Notes under the pieces: generated by a model
The model's database searches: none
Told to the model about the DNA's origin: nothing
The model's input: the letters and a program-made list of their open reading frames with translations, nothing else
Shown: one piece after another, positions 18,181 to 27,594 of the stretch
How the letters are laid out: each line of letters opens with the position of its first letter
How positions within the stretch are numbered: position 1 is the first letter of the stretch
Made by a program: the position numbers and the translations under genes
Source: Candidatus Zixiibacteriota bacterium
GTDB taxonomy: Bacteria > Zixibacteria > MSB-5A5 > GN15 > FEB-12
Assembly (NCBI GenBank): GCA_029860345.1
Contig: JAOUBJ010000003.1
Location: forward strand, 68,709 to 132,708
Length of the DNA: 64,000 bases
Direction: 5' to 3'

Positions 18181-19117
18181 AGATTACGCGACAAACCAAT
18201 ACTCGATCATTGCCCGAGTCGACAATCATCAGGCGACCATCATCCAGAAGGGCAACATCGGCCGGCTCTTTCAGCCGCTTTCGATCACCCATAAGCTGCG
18301 GGCCGGTTACCAGCAACTGCTCACCGCTTCTTGAATCCAGACAGGTCAGGCGGCCCTGAGCGATGTCAAGCAGCCACACAACATCTTCTGCAATGGCCAC
18401 CGAGGTGGGAGCGCCAAAAGTCCGTGTAGAAGTTTCTGCGATGAATCCACCGTAGGCATCATAGCGGGCCAATCGTAAGTTGCCCGGATCGCAGACCACA
18501 AACTGCCCATCGGCATCCAGCGCTATCTCGCTGGGACGTGACAGTTGGCCGCCGGAATAACCGAAATCGCCGACGAATCGGCTGAATTTGCCGACGTTGT
18601 CAAAGACGGCGATACGGTCCTGATCTGCATCGGCCAGCCATACCTCGCCGTAATCGGTCACGCCCAGTCCGGCCGGTCGTCCGTACTTGAAAGGATCGTC
18701 TTCATCGCGCAACTCGAAATCATCGACGAAGTTCAAGCGGGTGTCAAATCGCACCAGGCGGTGATTACTCTCATCGGCCACCATCAGATTAAGGCTGTTG
18801 TCCAGGGTCACCCAGGCCGGGTTGTTGAGCAGGCCGGCGCCGAAACCGTAGCCACCGGTTTGGTCCTGTGGTGTCAGCGCGGTGTTGAACCTTATCAACC
18901 GGTTGTTTCCGTTGTCGACCAGATACCAACTGCCGTCGGTCGCCACCGCCACACTGCGCGGGTTTTTCAGAGATTGTCCCAGCATGGGTCCCTCGATCAC
19001 TTGCTCTACCAGCAGAGCGGAGGGTGCACTTGTATCGTCAGGTTTCTCTGATCCTACTCGTGGCCCAGGACCACAAGCCAGGACCGACAAGAACAGCAAG
19101 GTGATGAACCTGTACAT
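18164..19117 (-). CDS. NHL-repeat beta-propeller lipoprotein
   Basis: 317-aa ORF. Lipobox LSVLAC. Repeated NHL motifs: VDNGNNRLIRF, VADESNHRLVRF, ADADQDRIAVF, CDPGNLRLARY, IVDSGNDRVLV. Confidence 0.75.
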   Translation of the reverse strand: MYRFITLLFLSVLACGPGPRVGSEKPDDTSAPSALLVEQVIEGPMLGQSLKNPRSVAVATDGSWYLVDNGNNRLIRFNTALTPQDQTGGYGFGAGLLNNPAWVTLDNSLNLMVADESNHRLVRFDTRLNFVDDFELRDEDDPFKYGRPAGLGVTDYGEVWLADADQDRIAVFDNVGKFSRFVGDFGYSGGQLSRPSEIALDADGQFVVCDPGNLRLARYDAYGGFIAETSTRTFGAPTSVAIAEDVVWLLDIAQGRLTCLDSRSGEQLLVTGPQLMGDRKRLKEPADVALLDDGRLMIVDSGNDRVLVCRVIYDETD

Positions 19118-19137
19118 GCCGACCTCGTAACGTCTGA

Positions 19138-19959
19138 TCAGAAGCGAGCCAACAGTTCCAGCCGAACCTGTTGCCCGGCGCTCAAGGGATCTATGTCCAG
19201 GCGATAACCGAAGCGCTCACGCCCGTTGGACGGTGTAGTATCACCGAACAGACGGCGGGTTTTGCGGGCATCGTGAATAGCGTCAATGATTGACACGATC
19301 CGGTTGAGAATCATCAGGCCGACCGTGAAGTCTCGTCGCCGAAAGGCTTCCCGACTGCGATTCTTAAGCTCGCGGTAGGCCGATTTGTCGGAGGCGCTGC
19401 GCCAGCGCCAATGGTTTGATTCGTTGTCCACCAGATAGGGGCGTTCGCGATCCTGCACCCGACCGAATTCGTTGAACTGATCGATGTCATCATAGAACCC
19501 GACCCAATCGCGGTGGAGATCGTCTTTGTCTTCAAGCTGTGCTCCGGCTCGTTCGCGGGCAAAGTTTATATAGTCATCCTCTCTCCAGTTGCCGTAAGTG
19601 TGGTACGACAGAAAACCCAACCACGAAATCGCCTCAACCGCGAAGAAGTAGCGCGCCTTCTTGCGACTGCCCACATAATGCTCACCCAGACCCGGCAACA
19701 GAGCAGAGTACAGCATGGCTCTGGAAACGGATTTGCGGTTGGCATCCTGTTTTGTCAAGCCCCAATCATCGCGATCCTGCTGGGCCAGAGACACCGGTGA
19801 ACCGATTACAGGCCGAGTGGGAGCGGAATATGAGGCCAGGGCAGCGAAGCCTGACTGGATTGGTGTCGGACCGGGTCGGAAGCCTGAGGCCACAACCGGC
19901 ACTGTCATCAACGTGCACAGACCAAATATGATACAGATACGTCGCATAGCGGCAAACAT
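19138..19959 (-). CDS. DUF5683-like membrane protein (PGLG motif)
   Basis: The track ORF extends to 20385 through a 114-bp tandem repeat. ATG at 19959 gives MFAAMRRICIIFGLCTLMTVPVVASG (signal peptide). Motif LYSALLPGLGEHYVGSRKKARYFFAVEAISWLGF. Confidence 0.45.
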   Translation of the reverse strand: MFAAMRRICIIFGLCTLMTVPVVASGFRPGPTPIQSGFAALASYSAPTRPVIGSPVSLAQQDRDDWGLTKQDANRKSVSRAMLYSALLPGLGEHYVGSRKKARYFFAVEAISWLGFLSYHTYGNWREDDYINFARERAGAQLEDKDDLHRDWVGFYDDIDQFNEFGRVQDRERPYLVDNESNHWRWRSASDKSAYRELKNRSREAFRRRDFTVGLMILNRIVSIIDAIHDARKTRRLFGDTTPSNGRERFGYRLDIDPLSAGQQVRLELLARF

Positions 19960-19960
19960 C

Positions 19961-20185
19961 TTGTGCGTGGTGTACGTCCGCGTGCGCCGCGTCGGTGCAG
20001 TCAGGTGACTCGCCTGACCGCCTCTGGGATGCACGGTAGGTGTCGGGCGGGGTCGCCCAACATCACCCACACCCTTGTGCGTGGTGTACGTCCGCGTGCG
20101 CCGCGTCGGTGCAGTCAGGTGACTCGCCTGACCGCCTCTGGGATGCACGGTAGGTGTCGGGCGGGGTAGCCCAACACCACTCAGG
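19961..20185. repeat. 114-bp tandem repeat, about 2 copies
   Basis: ttgtgcgtggtgtacgtccgcgtgcgccgcgtcggtgcagtcaggtgactcgcctgaccgcctctgggatgcacggtaggtgtcgggcgggg... starts at 19961 and again at 20075. Sub-modules recur at 37780-37925. Confidence 0.85.
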
Positions 20186-20391
20186 CCCATGTTGCGGTGG
20201 GTCTTGTCCCGCCCTGGCGGGATGTGACCCGCCGCCCTCGTCTGACCGGCAATGGTGTGTCGGGTCACAACCACGCCTTCGGCGTGTCCAAGACCCGACA
20301 CAACGGGATGGTCGGTTTTTGATACGTCCCTTGGTAGGGGTGACAAATCTGTCGGCACTTTAGAACGATCTAACACTTTGTCCAAACCCCA

Positions 20392-21369
20392 TCAAAACTT
20401 GTACGTGAAAGTCACGTAGGGCGTGTCTTTCCACTCGTTGTAGGAGCGTATAGATGGTTTGACATCGATATTCGAAAAAGGCTGGTCGTACTTCAACCCG
20501 TTATTATGTCGCTTGGTGGCGAAGAAGGCCTCAAAAGCGCTGATCAGGTGATTACCCATGACCACAAAGACCATCTTCATCCCTTTGTCGTACTCTTTGT
20601 TGGCGTTGTCACGCAAGCCTTCATAGTGGAGACGGTTCTCAGAATGCGGGATAGTTTCCTCGGTTACAGCCTTTTGCACACCATTTCCGAGGAGAAAATC
20701 GTTCAGATACTCGCCGTCTATATTGGCATCGTCCCAACCCCACGAAAACTGGTGGTACTTACCGGTCATTTCGTAGTACTGCTGCGTTCGTGTGTCGGGC
20801 AGGATGTGGGTGAAACCATGTCTATCATCCGGTTCCTTCAGCGTGTCCGGACTCAGGGTACCATAAGCCGACATCAGATAGGCCTGATAAGCAAGGTAGT
20901 CGTCGCCGTTGACGGTGTATATGCTGTCGGGATGGTTCCAGTGATCCCTGTTGAACTGCTCGAACTCGGCCGTGATATCCTCACCATTGCCATGATACTT
21001 AAACGCCTGACTCAGACCGAACACCTCGACGGCCAGAAACACCAGCGGTTTCCACTTACTGCCGGAGTAATACTGGCCCAAACCGGGCACGGCCAACGAA
21101 TAGATGAAGGCCTTGCCGGGCGACTTGTATTCCGGCGGACGGAGATCGGCCTGGGACAGATCAGCCAGGGTCAGATTATCCTCGCCCGACGGAGTGCCGG
21201 TTACATCATCCGTCTGAGTGGCTTCATAGTCATAGTTGTAACGGATTCTCTGAAGTTCACTTTCGAATACCGATGTTTCACCTTCGGCAATAGCAACCGA
21301 TGGGGTTGACAACAGCAATAGCAAACCCAGACTCAAAATGAGACCGACTATTCTAATTCTCGTTTTCAT
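20392..21369 (-). CDS. DUF5683-like protein, paralog of 19138..19959
   Basis: 325-aa ORF. Signal peptide MKTRIRIVGLILSLGLLLLLSTPSVAIA. Motif FIYSLAVPGLGQYYSGSKWKPLVFLAVEVFGLS. Confidence 0.45.
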   Translation of the reverse strand: MKTRIRIVGLILSLGLLLLLSTPSVAIAEGETSVFESELQRIRYNYDYEATQTDDVTGTPSGEDNLTLADLSQADLRPPEYKSPGKAFIYSLAVPGLGQYYSGSKWKPLVFLAVEVFGLSQAFKYHGNGEDITAEFEQFNRDHWNHPDSIYTVNGDDYLAYQAYLMSAYGTLSPDTLKEPDDRHGFTHILPDTRTQQYYEMTGKYHQFSWGWDDANIDGEYLNDFLLGNGVQKAVTEETIPHSENRLHYEGLRDNANKEYDKGMKMVFVVMGNHLISAFEAFFATKRHNNGLKYDQPFSNIDVKPSIRSYNEWKDTPYVTFTYKF

Positions 21370-21381
21370 GTTTCTGACTCC

Positions 21382-24300
21382 TCATCTGATAACGGCGATA
21401 TCGGTGAAGGCGGTCTCTGTGGTTCCGCCAAAATCTACTTCAATCAAACAGCGATACACTCCGGGCGTGGCGTCTGAGCATACCCACACCAATTCGTTGT
21501 CCACCCCACCATTGCGAGGTCCATCAAAACGGGCAACTTCCTGACCCGAAAGATCATAAACTGTAAACTCCACGGCGTTGGCATCCTCGCCCAGGTAATA
21601 TCGAATGGTCGTGCTGCCGTCTACCACCGGGTTGGGATAGTTGTAATACCTTTCCTCGGGGAACAGTCCGGAATACAGACTGACCGGTGCGGACAAACTG
21701 GCCGAGTCGTATGCAAAACTGCCGGACGGATCGTGACCACCCATCGGCCAGTGAATAGGATCAATATCGGGACCTGTTTCCCACAGGTAGAACCAGCCGT
21801 CGGCGCCCAGATAGCCCAGTCGACCGCTCGACGACGTGTCGGCAAAGGTCAGACAGGAACCCGCGCCACGTTCGCCGGCCGACATCGGAAAACCATAAGA
21901 CAACTCGGGACCGAACGAATAGACGTTACCGGCGAAACTGGGGAAGATTATCTCGGGCGATCCACCCTTCTGAATATCACCGATTACCGGCGCGGCGATG
22001 GCCAGGTCTTCGTAGTATCCAAAGAAATTCACGTCGTCATACTGCAACCGGTCATCGATTTCAATCGGGAAACCGGTCAGCAGGGTTAGATTTCGGTTGA
22101 ACGCATACACGGCATTGGCGCCGCCGATGACCAGATCGGGATACCCGTCGCGATCAATATCTCCTGCGACTGGATTGGTGGTGAAACTGTAGCCGGTCTC
22201 TATTGAAGCCAACACCTGGGTGAGGGGGTCGAAGACCAGTGCAGGTCCGAGGTGCCAATGAACTGTCAACAGCAGGATGCGGCCGTCGGAAGAAGCCATA
22301 GCCAATTCAGGGATGCCGTTGCGGTCCACATCGACCAATATGGGGCCCAGGTTGTAGTAACCGTCAAGCGCAAAGTTCAGGCTGTCAGCGCCATCCATAA
22401 GCCACAACCGCGTCTGCACTGTTGCATCCGTCGCCGACGAGTCTCCAGCCAATACCCAGAGTAGATCTTCACTACGGCAAATACCGTGAAAGACCTCTTC
22501 GTCCAATACATGGACGCGTGGAAAAGTTGGTCCCAGGTCCTCTTTGAGATAGACACTGCCATCACTGGTCAAGACCCAGAGAGCGTCCCCGAACGACAAG
22601 GCCAGGGGTGCACCCGAGGTGGAGAAATCAGGCTGGCCTGGGATCGCTGCATCGGCCAGGCCGTCGTTGTTGGCATCGCTCGGTCGATAGATGGCCACCC
22701 GTCCGGCCGCGCCGCTTGGATAGCCGACCGCGACGAATTTCTCGGTCAGGCCGAATCCGAAATCTCCGGTGACCGGCCCGGCATAGATATTCTCGGCAGT
22801 CCGTGCAAACAGGGGTAGCGGATGCGGGCGACCGGTATGGATCGAAGCCAGCGCGGTATCATCGTAAGTGACACACGGGTCGCACTGGGACACCTGGTGC
22901 AGGAAATTCTGACCATCCAAAGTCACCACCGACAGATTGCTGCCGGAGGCGAAAATAATCTCGCTGCTGCCGTCGCCGTTGAGATCATCCAGCACAGGTG
23001 ACAGGCCGAGAACAGGCGGTCCGCCACGTACCGGAAAACCATCGACCAGCTTATCCGTCTCCAGATTGAAAGTCATGGCCGTGTCCAGCCTGCGGGGAAT
23101 GCCGCCGACAGAATAGCGAACACGTCCGATACGTTCCACCCGCACGTGAGTGTCGTTGCCGGAGTTGTCGATTGCCGGTGGGTTGGTGTTGGGCGTAAAC
23201 GAACTCTTGGTGTCCTCACGGAACATATCTTCGGCCGACCCGAAGCGGCGGCGTCCGGTTTCATAGTAACCGCTCATGTCAACGACGCCGTCGGCTTCGA
23301 CGATCCGAATAAACCGCCGGGTGGGCACCAGTTGCAGTTTGTTATCCTCGAAATTGACCACCGTGTCGCCGGTAAACCAGTCGTAGTTGAGCCCGGCCAC
23401 TCCTTCGTCGACATGGTAGATCAAAAGACCGTTGCCGGGAATCAGAAAGTCAAACTCGCCGGTGAATTCACGGGTCTCTACATCGACCGGATACTGAATC
23501 ACCCCGGTGGCCGAATCGGCCAGCAAAGCGGTTTCGATATCGGGGTAAAGATCGTCGACCCGGTTCTCCAGCAGGTAGTACTCGTTTTCACTGATGGGAA
23601 TACGTGCGATCCGAGTGCTGTCTGAGGCCAGTTCGGCGGCGGCGAGATAGATGTCGGTCCCCGCACGGAAATCGCGCACCTCGACAAAGCCCAGGTAGGC
23701 CCGCGACCAGGCACAGGGGAAAACCGGGATGGTGCCGAAAGAATTACCGGCCTCCCAACCAAAATCGACACCGGTGTTGAAACCGTTGTGATCCATCAGC
23801 GCAAAGTCACCCAGATTGGTGATGAAGGCATCGGTGCGGTACAGATCGGGCAGGCCCAACTGATGACCGAATTCGTGCGCCAAAACGGCGTTGAGGGCGG
23901 TGGCGCGGTTGTCCTGGTTGGAGGTTTCCGGGATTATCATGGCATCCCAGATGGTGGTCGAGTCGTTGTCGACATAGAGGGTGTCAAAGAAAACCGTGTC
24001 GGGTACGAAATTGATATATCCGGTGAACATATCGGAACATGTCGTCGGGAAGCCGATGTCGTTCTGACGATCACTGCCGGCATGGAACAAAAAGTACGAG
24101 TCGTACTTTGAAAACTCGATTTCCGGAGAGACGGCATCGGCTGTCTCGAAGCAATCGACAAAGTAGTGCACCAGCCCGTAGATGACGGTGTCGAAAGCCT
24201 GGTTTTCCGGCAGACCGGCGGCGCAGATGCCGTACTCGCTCATCGGGGCCGGCAGGCGGTAGGTCGAGTCGATCCCGGGCGGCCAGACATCCCAGTCGAG

Positions 24301-24828
24301 AGTGATCTTGCCGTCACTGACCGTCTCCCAGTAAACCCGGAGCGCTTTCAGGTGGGCGTCAAAGTAGAGCGAGTCGTGGGGCGGCGGATCGATCCAGTGC
24401 CTGACCTCATTGTAGTAAGCGGCCGAATCGGTTAGGTTATCGAGCGGACGCCTGAGATCCATCTCGCCGTTGCCGGTGGTGTTGGGATCGTCGCTTGTCT
24501 CCTTTTGAAAATTGAAACGCATGACGAGTATCTTGATTGTGTCGAGTGGATCAGCCAAAGCCATCGTCGGCAACGACCAGGGCGCCTTACGTTCCAGCGC
24601 CACCAGGTCCGACCGGGGACGTCGCTGGGCCAGCGAGTGATGTTGCACTTTGTTGTCGGTAACCCGGGTGTCCTCTCGTTGTCGCTCAACTCTGAGAACA
24701 CGGCCACCGGACTGGGCGGTCGAGACCATGTATGCAGTCGTAACCATAGCAAGGCTCAGAACTAGCGACAAGATGAGTCGGGGCACAAATGTCATTCGAT
24801 TGGTGCGCATGTTCCTTCCATCTACCAC
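21382..24828 (-). CDS. Secreted M6 (InhA-like) zinc metalloprotease with FG-GAP/VCBS-type repeats and a T9SS C-terminal sorting domain
   Basis: 1148-aa ORF. HExxH in AVLAHEFGHQLGLPDLY. Repeats DLNGDGSSEIIF, DVDRNGIPELA, GDIDRDGYPDLVIG. C-terminus YNYPNPVVDGSTTIRYYL...VYDLSGQEVARF...GVYRCLIEVDF resembles the Por-secretion tail. The start may be 24810 or 24795. Confidence 0.75.
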   Translation of the reverse strand: MVDGRNMRTNRMTFVPRLILSLVLSLAMVTTAYMVSTAQSGGRVLRVERQREDTRVTDNKVQHHSLAQRRPRSDLVALERKAPWSLPTMALADPLDTIKILVMRFNFQKETSDDPNTTGNGEMDLRRPLDNLTDSAAYYNEVRHWIDPPPHDSLYFDAHLKALRVYWETVSDGKITLDWDVWPPGIDSTYRLPAPMSEYGICAAGLPENQAFDTVIYGLVHYFVDCFETADAVSPEIEFSKYDSYFLFHAGSDRQNDIGFPTTCSDMFTGYINFVPDTVFFDTLYVDNDSTTIWDAMIIPETSNQDNRATALNAVLAHEFGHQLGLPDLYRTDAFITNLGDFALMDHNGFNTGVDFGWEAGNSFGTIPVFPCAWSRAYLGFVEVRDFRAGTDIYLAAAELASDSTRIARIPISENEYYLLENRVDDLYPDIETALLADSATGVIQYPVDVETREFTGEFDFLIPGNGLLIYHVDEGVAGLNYDWFTGDTVVNFEDNKLQLVPTRRFIRIVEADGVVDMSGYYETGRRRFGSAEDMFREDTKSSFTPNTNPPAIDNSGNDTHVRVERIGRVRYSVGGIPRRLDTAMTFNLETDKLVDGFPVRGGPPVLGLSPVLDDLNGDGSSEIIFASGSNLSVVTLDGQNFLHQVSQCDPCVTYDDTALASIHTGRPHPLPLFARTAENIYAGPVTGDFGFGLTEKFVAVGYPSGAAGRVAIYRPSDANNDGLADAAIPGQPDFSTSGAPLALSFGDALWVLTSDGSVYLKEDLGPTFPRVHVLDEEVFHGICRSEDLLWVLAGDSSATDATVQTRLWLMDGADSLNFALDGYYNLGPILVDVDRNGIPELAMASSDGRILLLTVHWHLGPALVFDPLTQVLASIETGYSFTTNPVAGDIDRDGYPDLVIGGANAVYAFNRNLTLLTGFPIEIDDRLQYDDVNFFGYYEDLAIAAPVIGDIQKGGSPEIIFPSFAGNVYSFGPELSYGFPMSAGERGAGSCLTFADTSSSGRLGYLGADGWFYLWETGPDIDPIHWPMGGHDPSGSFAYDSASLSAPVSLYSGLFPEERYYNYPNPVVDGSTTIRYYLGEDANAVEFTVYDLSGQEVARFDGPRNGGVDNELVWVCSDATPGVYRCLIEVDFGGTTETAFTDIAVIR

Positions 24829-27581
24829 AGCACGGCCAGTGAGACGCGCAAGGTGTTCCTGAGTGACTCCGTGGAACCTGAGGGGATATAAGAGAAGTCG
24901 AATTTGAGTTTATCAAAGAGCGAGAGTCCCACACCCAGGGTCAGAGTCTTGACATCACCCTCTTCGTCATGGATGTATCCACCCCTGAGAGCGAACATAT
25001 TGGCATACAAGAACTCCGCGCCGGTATTGAGGATCAACTGCTTCAACTCTTCGGAGAGGCCATCGTCCATACCGACCAGAATCTTGTTCACCTCCGACGT
25101 CACCAGCAGTCGATAGTACTCAGACTGAAGCAACTCATAGGCAAACCCGACCGCCAGGTTGCGCGGCAGGTCGTCGGCCTGGGCGGCGTCGATGTAGGCC
25201 ATCTTGGGACCTAAGTTGGTAAGAGCCATCCCGAAGGTCAAACGGTGCGACAACATATAGAGCAAACCGAAGTCGACGGCAAATCCGCCCGAGGTTCCCT
25301 TGCCCTTCTCCAGCCCGGCCCCGAGGTCGGACAGTTTTGAGTACAGCACTTTGGCCGAGAGTCCCACTTTGAGACGCGATGACAGAGCGGTACCGTAGGA
25401 GCCGGTAAACGAGATGTCAAAAGAGTCGAACGATCCCAGGGTGTCGGCTGCTTCGTTGGTGCGGAGGAATTTTCCGTATGAAATAAAGGTGATGTTGCCG
25501 CCGAAGGTCCCCCACTCTTCGCTGGAGGTTACAAACGACACGAACTCATAGTAAACATCATCAGTCAACTCCGGCAGCCACTTAACGTGCATCAGAGTAA
25601 TCTGCTGCAGGGCGTTGGCCTTGATTACGATCTTGTCCGGGCCCACCAACCATAGTTCATCATCAACAGAGTACACATCGGCCGTCGGAGTGCGATCAAG
25701 CCCCCGGATATTGGCTCGTTCCCAGTATAGGCCGTCGTGGGCGATAAGCCCTACGTCGGTGGCAAAGAACAGACGCTCACCGGCCCGAACAATAGCGTTG
25801 ATCCCGGCTGCTGCGGGATTGCGATACATCTTGACCCGGCGTCCGGGGGCGATCGGATCTTCGTCGAGATCGTTGATATCGGTGATTGCTGCGGCATACG
25901 ATGCCCGCGCGTCGGCGTCGGCATGATTCTTTACATCGACCAGTTGGTCAAAAGTTTCTCCGGCCTTCATTGTGTAGTCACGATAGCCCGGCGTCGACCA
26001 GGTGGAGCCGTCAAAATAGAGCAAGCCGTAGTCGGTCCCGATCCAGACGCGGTTGTTGGGTCCACCGAAGATGGAGTTGACCTTCCCCTTGATGGCGTTC
26101 ACATAAGGAACCTGGACAATATTCCCCGGCTTCAAACCGCCCGAGTCAGCGCCTGGGGAGGATGTAGTTTCCTGGGTTATTTCATTGTCGGTGGCCGGAG
26201 TATCGGTTGTGTCTGAGGCTGAAGTTTCGGTCGTATCGTTTTCATTCCCGGCATTTCCCTGGGCCACCATAGACATGATATCGACCTCGCCTGAACCACC
26301 CGGATCGACCATTCCCACGCCACTGGTGGCTTCGTTGGCCAACCGGTATTTTTCGATGTATCCCTGGACTTCGGTGGAAGAATTGTAGATGACATTTCGA
26401 CGTGCGATAGATTCAGGAGTGTCGTCCAGCGCGACTTTATAACTCATGCTGTTGGACCAGGTCCGGCCATCGAAATGATAAAGGTCGTCGCCGAGAACCA
26501 TCCACAGATCATTCTGGGATCGTCCACCGATGGCCTGCACCGATCCTTCAGGCAATTGGTCGGCGCCCTCGATAGGCGCCACTCTGGCCCCGAAGAAACG
26601 GGCCGGACCGGCGCTCGTGCCCACATAGGCTTGACCCTGAACCGCAAAAACACTGGTGACACTGTTCGAAGGAAGTCCGTCGACAACGGTCAATGTCCGC
26701 CACCGGTTACTGTTGGCATTGTATACCAGCAGACCGTCGTTGGTGCCGACCAAAAGGTCAGAGCCGGAAACCGCGACGGCGGATGGCTCGCCGGTGTAGT
26801 TGACACTGTACGGAACAGTTATCTCTTCCTTAATGAAACGTGAGCGTGATTTCTCAACCGCAATACTGATCCGGTCGGCCTCCACCTCCGATACGCCATC
26901 GTCTTTCAAGCCGTCTTTGAGGCGACGTTCGATTTGCTTCACCTGATCCCAGTTGACACGGCACTTATTGTAGGCCAGCATCAGGCTGTCGAACAGGGTC
27001 GTTAGTGACTCCAGGCCGGAGTACTCGGTGTCGACAGCGGCCATCACCCGTCCGCGCAGACTGTCCAGGTAGGTGTATGTCCGCTTGTTGTTGATCGCGG
27101 CTATCCTCTGGACCATTTCGGCCAGCCGTTCTTCGTCGCTCACATTGAAATACGAAGTGAGGATTTTCTCCACTGTCTGGTCGGTCTTGGTGGTGAACTT
27201 TTCGCTCAGGTGCCAATTCTTGTTATCAAACCGCACCAATCCTTTGGGTGATATAGCCCAGATTTCGTAGGCCGTATAGTCACCGGCGCCGCCGGATTTG
27301 AGCGCGGCCATGCCTTTCAAAGGTCGATAAGCTTTAGGGATACCGGCCTCGATCCAGGAATCAGCCAAAGGATAGGCCCCCAGCCCGGCCGGATTCCAGT
27401 GGGTGGCCGTGGCATCGTCGGTGATTGCCACATACGCCTCGCCCATTCCGGCGGCTCGGGCGCCAGGGGCAATCCTGAGATACAACACGGCGGCGTTTGA
27501 AATGTCGGCGGTGGCATCGCCCGCTATGACGGATAACAGTAGCACCAGGGCCAGTAACACAAATATCCTTGGTCGGATCAT
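24822..27581 (-). CDS. PorV/PorQ-family outer-membrane protein with a large inserted beta-propeller-like region
   Basis: ATG at 27581 has GGAG upstream and gives MIRPRIFVLLALVLLLSVIAGDATA. N-terminal signature AAVLYLRIAPGARAAGMGEAYVAITDDATATHWNPAGLG. The C-terminal ~300 aa are barrel-like and end ...LRVSLAVLW. In between are repeats such as LLVGTNDGLLVYNANSNRWRTL and VWIGTDYGLLYFDGSTWST. Confidence 0.6.
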   Translation of the reverse strand: MIRPRIFVLLALVLLLSVIAGDATADISNAAVLYLRIAPGARAAGMGEAYVAITDDATATHWNPAGLGAYPLADSWIEAGIPKAYRPLKGMAALKSGGAGDYTAYEIWAISPKGLVRFDNKNWHLSEKFTTKTDQTVEKILTSYFNVSDEERLAEMVQRIAAINNKRTYTYLDSLRGRVMAAVDTEYSGLESLTTLFDSLMLAYNKCRVNWDQVKQIERRLKDGLKDDGVSEVEADRISIAVEKSRSRFIKEEITVPYSVNYTGEPSAVAVSGSDLLVGTNDGLLVYNANSNRWRTLTVVDGLPSNSVTSVFAVQGQAYVGTSAGPARFFGARVAPIEGADQLPEGSVQAIGGRSQNDLWMVLGDDLYHFDGRTWSNSMSYKVALDDTPESIARRNVIYNSSTEVQGYIEKYRLANEATSGVGMVDPGGSGEVDIMSMVAQGNAGNENDTTETSASDTTDTPATDNEITQETTSSPGADSGGLKPGNIVQVPYVNAIKGKVNSIFGGPNNRVWIGTDYGLLYFDGSTWSTPGYRDYTMKAGETFDQLVDVKNHADADARASYAAAITDINDLDEDPIAPGRRVKMYRNPAAAGINAIVRAGERLFFATDVGLIAHDGLYWERANIRGLDRTPTADVYSVDDELWLVGPDKIVIKANALQQITLMHVKWLPELTDDVYYEFVSFVTSSEEWGTFGGNITFISYGKFLRTNEAADTLGSFDSFDISFTGSYGTALSSRLKVGLSAKVLYSKLSDLGAGLEKGKGTSGGFAVDFGLLYMLSHRLTFGMALTNLGPKMAYIDAAQADDLPRNLAVGFAYELLQSEYYRLLVTSEVNKILVGMDDGLSEELKQLILNTGAEFLYANMFALRGGYIHDEEGDVKTLTLGVGLSLFDKLKFDFSYIPSGSTESLRNTLRVSLAVLW

Positions 27582-27594
27582 TGCCTTCTCCTCA

